Shown: piece by piece, positions 59,618 to 64,000 of the stretch | Layout: each line of letters starts with the position of its first letter | How positions within the stretch are numbered: position 1 is the first letter of the stretch | NCBI GenBank assembly: GCA_964016885.1 | Contig: OZ024740.1 | Location: 250,170,001-250,234,000 of the forward strand | Source of the DNA: Eledone cirrhosa | Lineage: Eukaryota | DNA: 64,000 nt | Direction of reading: 5' to 3' | The notes under the pieces: generated by a model | The model's input: the letters and a program-made list of their open reading frames with translations, nothing else | Database searches by the model: none | What the model was told of the DNA's origin: nothing | Program-made: the position numbers and the translations under genes

Positions 59618-62600
59618 ATCATCATCATTGTTTAACATCCATCTTCCATGCTAGCATGGGTTAGATGGTTTTGTTCCACTTGTTGCGGGATTGGTCAAGA
59701 GACCGTGTCTCACCGGTACAGAACTGTCTCTGGCAGGTTTTCTATGGCTGGATGCCCTTCCTAACACCAACCACATTTACAGTGTGGCTTGGGAGCCTTT
59801 TTACCGTGTATTCTACACAACCACTTTACAGTGTGGACTGGGTGCTTTTTGATGTGTCACTGACACAGTGGACGGAAATGGGAGGATGGGGTAGGATGTG
59901 TAGGGGTGGGGTGTCTATTGGGTTAAGATGTGCCTACTGACTGTAGGTTTAGGTTTGTATGCAAGTGAAGGCGGGTCTTCTGTGTAACTGCATAGTGCCA
60001 AAGATTTCAATCCAGTGACATTGTCTTAGAGAGGTGTAAGTGTGCAAGGTCAGTTTTTATCACCTCATCCCAGGTTTTTCTTGGTCTACCACTCTGTAGC
60101 TTCCATCAATTTTCATTGCTCTGCACTTTTTTATAGAGATGTTGTCCTTCATACGTATCACATGGCCATACCAACGCAATCTCCTCTCCAGAACACAACA
60201 TTTGATACCTCTTATGCTTAGTCTCTCTCTCAATTTGTTTATGCTTTGATGTTCGCATACATTACTATTACATATCCATCGGTGCATGCAAGCTTCATTT
60301 CTTTCTAATCTACGCAAGTCTTCAGCACGCAACACCTAGGTCTTGCTACCATGTATACAAGCATCACACAATCTGCCTTTCACTTTTAGAGAAAAACCCC
60401 TTGTGGCCAACAGTGGTATTAGCTCTCTGAACTTTTTCCAACCCCAGTTAAAACTCTGACTACTGCACTTTCAGAGCACCCTCCTCCACTGCTGATTTTG
60501 TCACCCAGGTAACAGAAAGTGTCTACTATTTCTATAGAACCATCTGGGTAGTTGAAGAAGATAGCATCCAGTGGGCCCTTGCTACTTACTGCACCTGAGC
60601 ATCAGCCACATATAAAATCTACATTCTTAGATAGCTTACCTGTGATCCCACTACATCTTTTATGTACCCATATTTGCACTTGGGGCATAGAATGGAATTT
60701 CTACCTACTCCTTTCTTACACACTGAACATAGCCATTTCCCAGAGGCCACCTGTGCCCTATTTTCCTTTCTACATACTAGAACTTTAGTCTTCGACAGAT
60801 TAACTTTTGAATCTAGGCCATGCTTCCATGTTTGGAACTTCTTCTCTCGTTCAGCCATGGATTCAGCTATGAGAGTTAGATCATCTGCATATAAAGGTTC
60901 CCATGGGCAGCCAGTCTTAAACCCTTCTGTTATAGCTTGTAGGACAATAATAAACAGGAGGGGACTAAGGACAGAGCCCTGGTGAACCCCTACTATTACG
61001 CTAAATTCTTCACTATATTCATTGTTAATTCTAACCTTGCTGACTGTTTCTTTATACATGGCTTGTATAGCTCTCACAAGCCACTCATCTACTCCTAGTT
61101 TTCTAAGAGCCCACCAGATTAAGATGCATGGGACTCTGTCAAAGGCTTTCTCCAAGTCAAAAAAAGCTAAGTAGAGGCGTTTATTTTAGCTAGGTACTTC
61201 TCCTGAAGTTGTCGTACAAGGAAAAGAGCATCTGTGGTGCTTTTACCTGGCACAAACCCAAACTGCATTTCATCTAGATCAATTCGGGCTCTAATCAGTT
61301 GACCTGGTCAACTAACTTACTGCCCTTATAGTTTCCTCTATCCAGGGTGTCTCGTTTGCCCTTGTAACAGTTGATGATGCTGCTGCTACGCCAGTCATTT
61401 GGTATGACCCCATTCCATATTTCTTGGTTTACTATCCAGGTGACCATTCCAGATGCCTCCAAGATTTCAGCAACTATCCCTAAAGGCCTAGCTGCTTTGC
61501 CTGTCTTCATATCTCTGATAGCCTTACTTACTATACTATTAGGTTGTTCCGAAAATAATGGCCGCTCTAAGTGTTATGTTTTGAAATGCAATTTTATCCT
61601 AGTATTTTAATTATATTTTAGGTGAATATTTTTTCGACATACTTGATAATTGATGTATGCTTTTTAATAATTTTCTACTTATTTCAGACAGAAAACATTC
61701 TTGAAGCATAGGCGCCCTTAATTATGAACATGACAAAAAAGGACCTTCGCTTACTTTTCTTGCATGAGTTCAAGCTTGGGCACAATGCCTCCTAAACAGT
61801 TGCCAATATCAACAGAGCATGGGGAGAGGGGTCCACAAGCTACCTTCTTATCAGTATCAATGGGGCCAAGTATACCATTGTAATTACAGACACACGTCTC
61901 CCCGACAATATCATAATTTTCCTTGACACATTACCTCGCAATCCTAAATATCTCACGTCTTTGGTCCTCACGTTATAGAATATGCTTGAACTTACTATCC
62001 TCTGCTTCCCTCTTTGCAAAGTATACTTGTTGTCTAGCTTCTCTCCTAACCACCCGATAGAGTTCTCTACTACCCCCATCTTGCCATTCTTTCCAAGCCT
62101 GCTTTTTGCCCTTGATGGACTCCTCCACCTTACTGTTCCACCACCATGTCACTCTCCTCCTGCCAAACGGTCTGTTCCAACCATAGATTTCATCAGTCGC
62201 CTTCAACAGGTTAACTTTTGGGAATTCCTACTGTTCCTTTATATTGTATGTCTCTAATTGCTCTTCCTTACTGTGGAAAGCATCAAGTAATATGCTTTTA
62301 AATTTGTTACTGGCTGCGGGGTTCTTCAACTTCCATAATCGTCTCTTCAAGTTATTCCTCTGCCGATGAGTATGTCTGGCACTGACTATGCAGTTACTAA
62401 CTATTAAGTTATGCTGGGAGGTGTATTCTTCACGAGGGAAGGACTTAGTGTTCTCAACAGACACTCTGTCTGTTTTCTAGTAAGGATAACATCTATCCGG
62501 CTGGTGTGCTCCCTTGATCTATATGTGATCAAGTGACTGTCACGTTTTTTGAAGTTTGTGTTGCAGACAGTCAGGTCATTTGCATCACAGAATTCCAGGA

Positions 62601-63300
62601 TCCTGAAGCCTTCCTCATTTCTAGTACCAAACCCGTAACCTCCATGGACTCCATCATAGCCATCACAATGTTGTCCAATATGACCATTAAGGTCGCCAGC
62701 AATAATTATATTGTCACTGTTCTGAAAAGTAGTGAGCATTAGAGACTCATAGAACCTGTCTTTAATAGCGCCTGGTAATCCGGATTGGGGTACATAAGCA
62801 GAAATAATTGATACAGTTGTCCTATTTAGTACTAATCTTATTTTGATGATCCTGTCATTCACTCTATCTACGGCAATTACCTTGTCTGCCCATTTTTCTG
62901 CTAACATAAGTCCAACACCACCCAGCCCGCTATCACATCCCATCCAGAAAAGTTTATTGCATCGTTTCTTGCCCACAATGAATCTAGCCGACCCACCCCT
63001 CCACCTGGTCTCTTGAACACAACAAACATCAACTGCCTCATGTTCAAGCATCTCTGCAACCTCATTTGAGCGACCTTTCAATGTACCTACTTTCATGGTA
63101 CCAAGTCTGAAATTTTGGATTTCGTTGGGAAGGAGGTAGGGATGGGATGGAGGCACGGGGAGGGGTGTGGGAGACAGAATTATGTTGGTCTTGGTCTTCC
63201 ATGTCTGATATAAAGAGGAGTGTTTGCATGCTCGCCTGGAGACAGGAGGTGAATTTATCTTTGTCATTGTCATTGTGAGTGCTCAGATTTTCCATCTCTG
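59618..63300 (-). mobile_element. RTE-PHD family B-like element, near full length, degenerate, interrupted by mariner
   Basis: APE ORF 62404-63273 (CCVQETRW, SAYVPQ, AGDLNGHIG, RIDVIL), RT ORF 60619-61155 (LYADD, WLCSVC..CPKC) and a 3' UTR like 51789-52163. Confidence 0.9.
61539..61838 (+). mobile_element. Mariner (Hsmar1-like) left end with the transposase N-terminus
   Basis: TA|TTAGGTTGTTCCGAAAATAATGGCCG terminal inverted repeat. From ATG 61724: MNMTKKDLRLLFLHEFKLGHNAS*TVANINRAWGEGST (HTH region). Confidence 0.85.
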
Positions 63301-63859
63301 TAGTCCATTTATCATAGTGAACAACACCCAGATCTAAACTTAAGAAGTAGTGGCCTTGCGACAGAGATTAGTATTAGAAACCTTACTATAAAGCCGCTGA
63401 GTTTTGATTGGACCAAATAACTATGGTGGTGAGTGGGAGTGGGCAGGAGGGTAATGGGTGACTTCCGGAAGGCAAACATGTAATAACTAACATGGGAGAG
63501 ACTGCAAAAACAAAAACAATAGACAAACATAACAGGTTTTTTAAGAAGACTTAACTCAAAATGGATGGAGGGTAGGAGCGATTTGGATTCCATCACAGAG
63601 TTTTGTAGCTTGCTTGAAGCATTGTTGAATAGGAAACATAAATTTAAATTTTGAAAACCAAACAATGCGTTTGAAAGAATATTAAATCTCCAAGATAATA
63701 AAAGAATCTTACCTTAGCAAATTTAACGATCGCAAATATTTTCAGGTTTAAAAACCCATTATCAAGGGAGTAACCCTATGACAGACTTAAAATCGATCTT
63801 AATGACTTGCTTGTTTGGAGAGCAGATTTAAGTTAAATGAAATGAAAAGATGTTAAAAT

Positions 63860-63965
63860 TTCAAATGTGTGCGTTGTGAAATGTATGATATATGCATGTG
63901 TGTGCATGAATGTAAGTGTGCTGAGTGAGATGTTTGTATGTGTGTGCATGAATGTAAGTTTATGT
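63860..63965. repeat. TG-rich low-complexity repeat
   Basis: (TG)n/(ATGT)n with a duplicated ATGTGTGTGCATGAATGTAAGT. Confidence 0.7.
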
Positions 63966-64000
63966 AGTGAAAGGTATGAGCGAATATGTATATAATAAAA

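Overview
This is eukaryotic, repeat-saturated DNA with no recognisable host protein-coding gene; it is probably intronic or intergenic. The SINE families resemble the octopus OK and OR2 SINEs as I recall them, so a coleoid cephalopod or other mollusc is likely (inference). Almost every long ORF is a remnant of a non-LTR retrotransposon: several RTE families, three R4/Dong-type RLE families, two near-full-length Tx1/L1 copies in (TTA)n, CR1, RTE-X, CRE and Zenon-like fragments. Also present are tRNA-derived SINEs with clear target-site duplications (TSDs), a non-autonomous Helitron carrying LINE cargo, a half mariner, a foldback MITE and a 45-bp minisatellite. Highlights: (1) two distinct type-I hammerhead ribozymes (27784-27865 and 56067-56144, minus strand) inside short non-coding, (TA)n-associated retrozyme/Penelope-like units; (2) a dominant RTE lineage with a complete C4HC3 PHD finger inserted within the reverse transcriptase between motifs 6 and 7, retained across subfamilies; (3) an RTE with three C-terminal C2H2 fingers whose microsatellite-rich 3' UTR hosts nested insertions; (4) R4-type and Tx1-type elements using the same (TTA/TAA)n target in opposite orientations. 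All calls were made by eye. Family names come from motif recognition, not database searches, and element boundaries are approximate unless a TSD is quoted.
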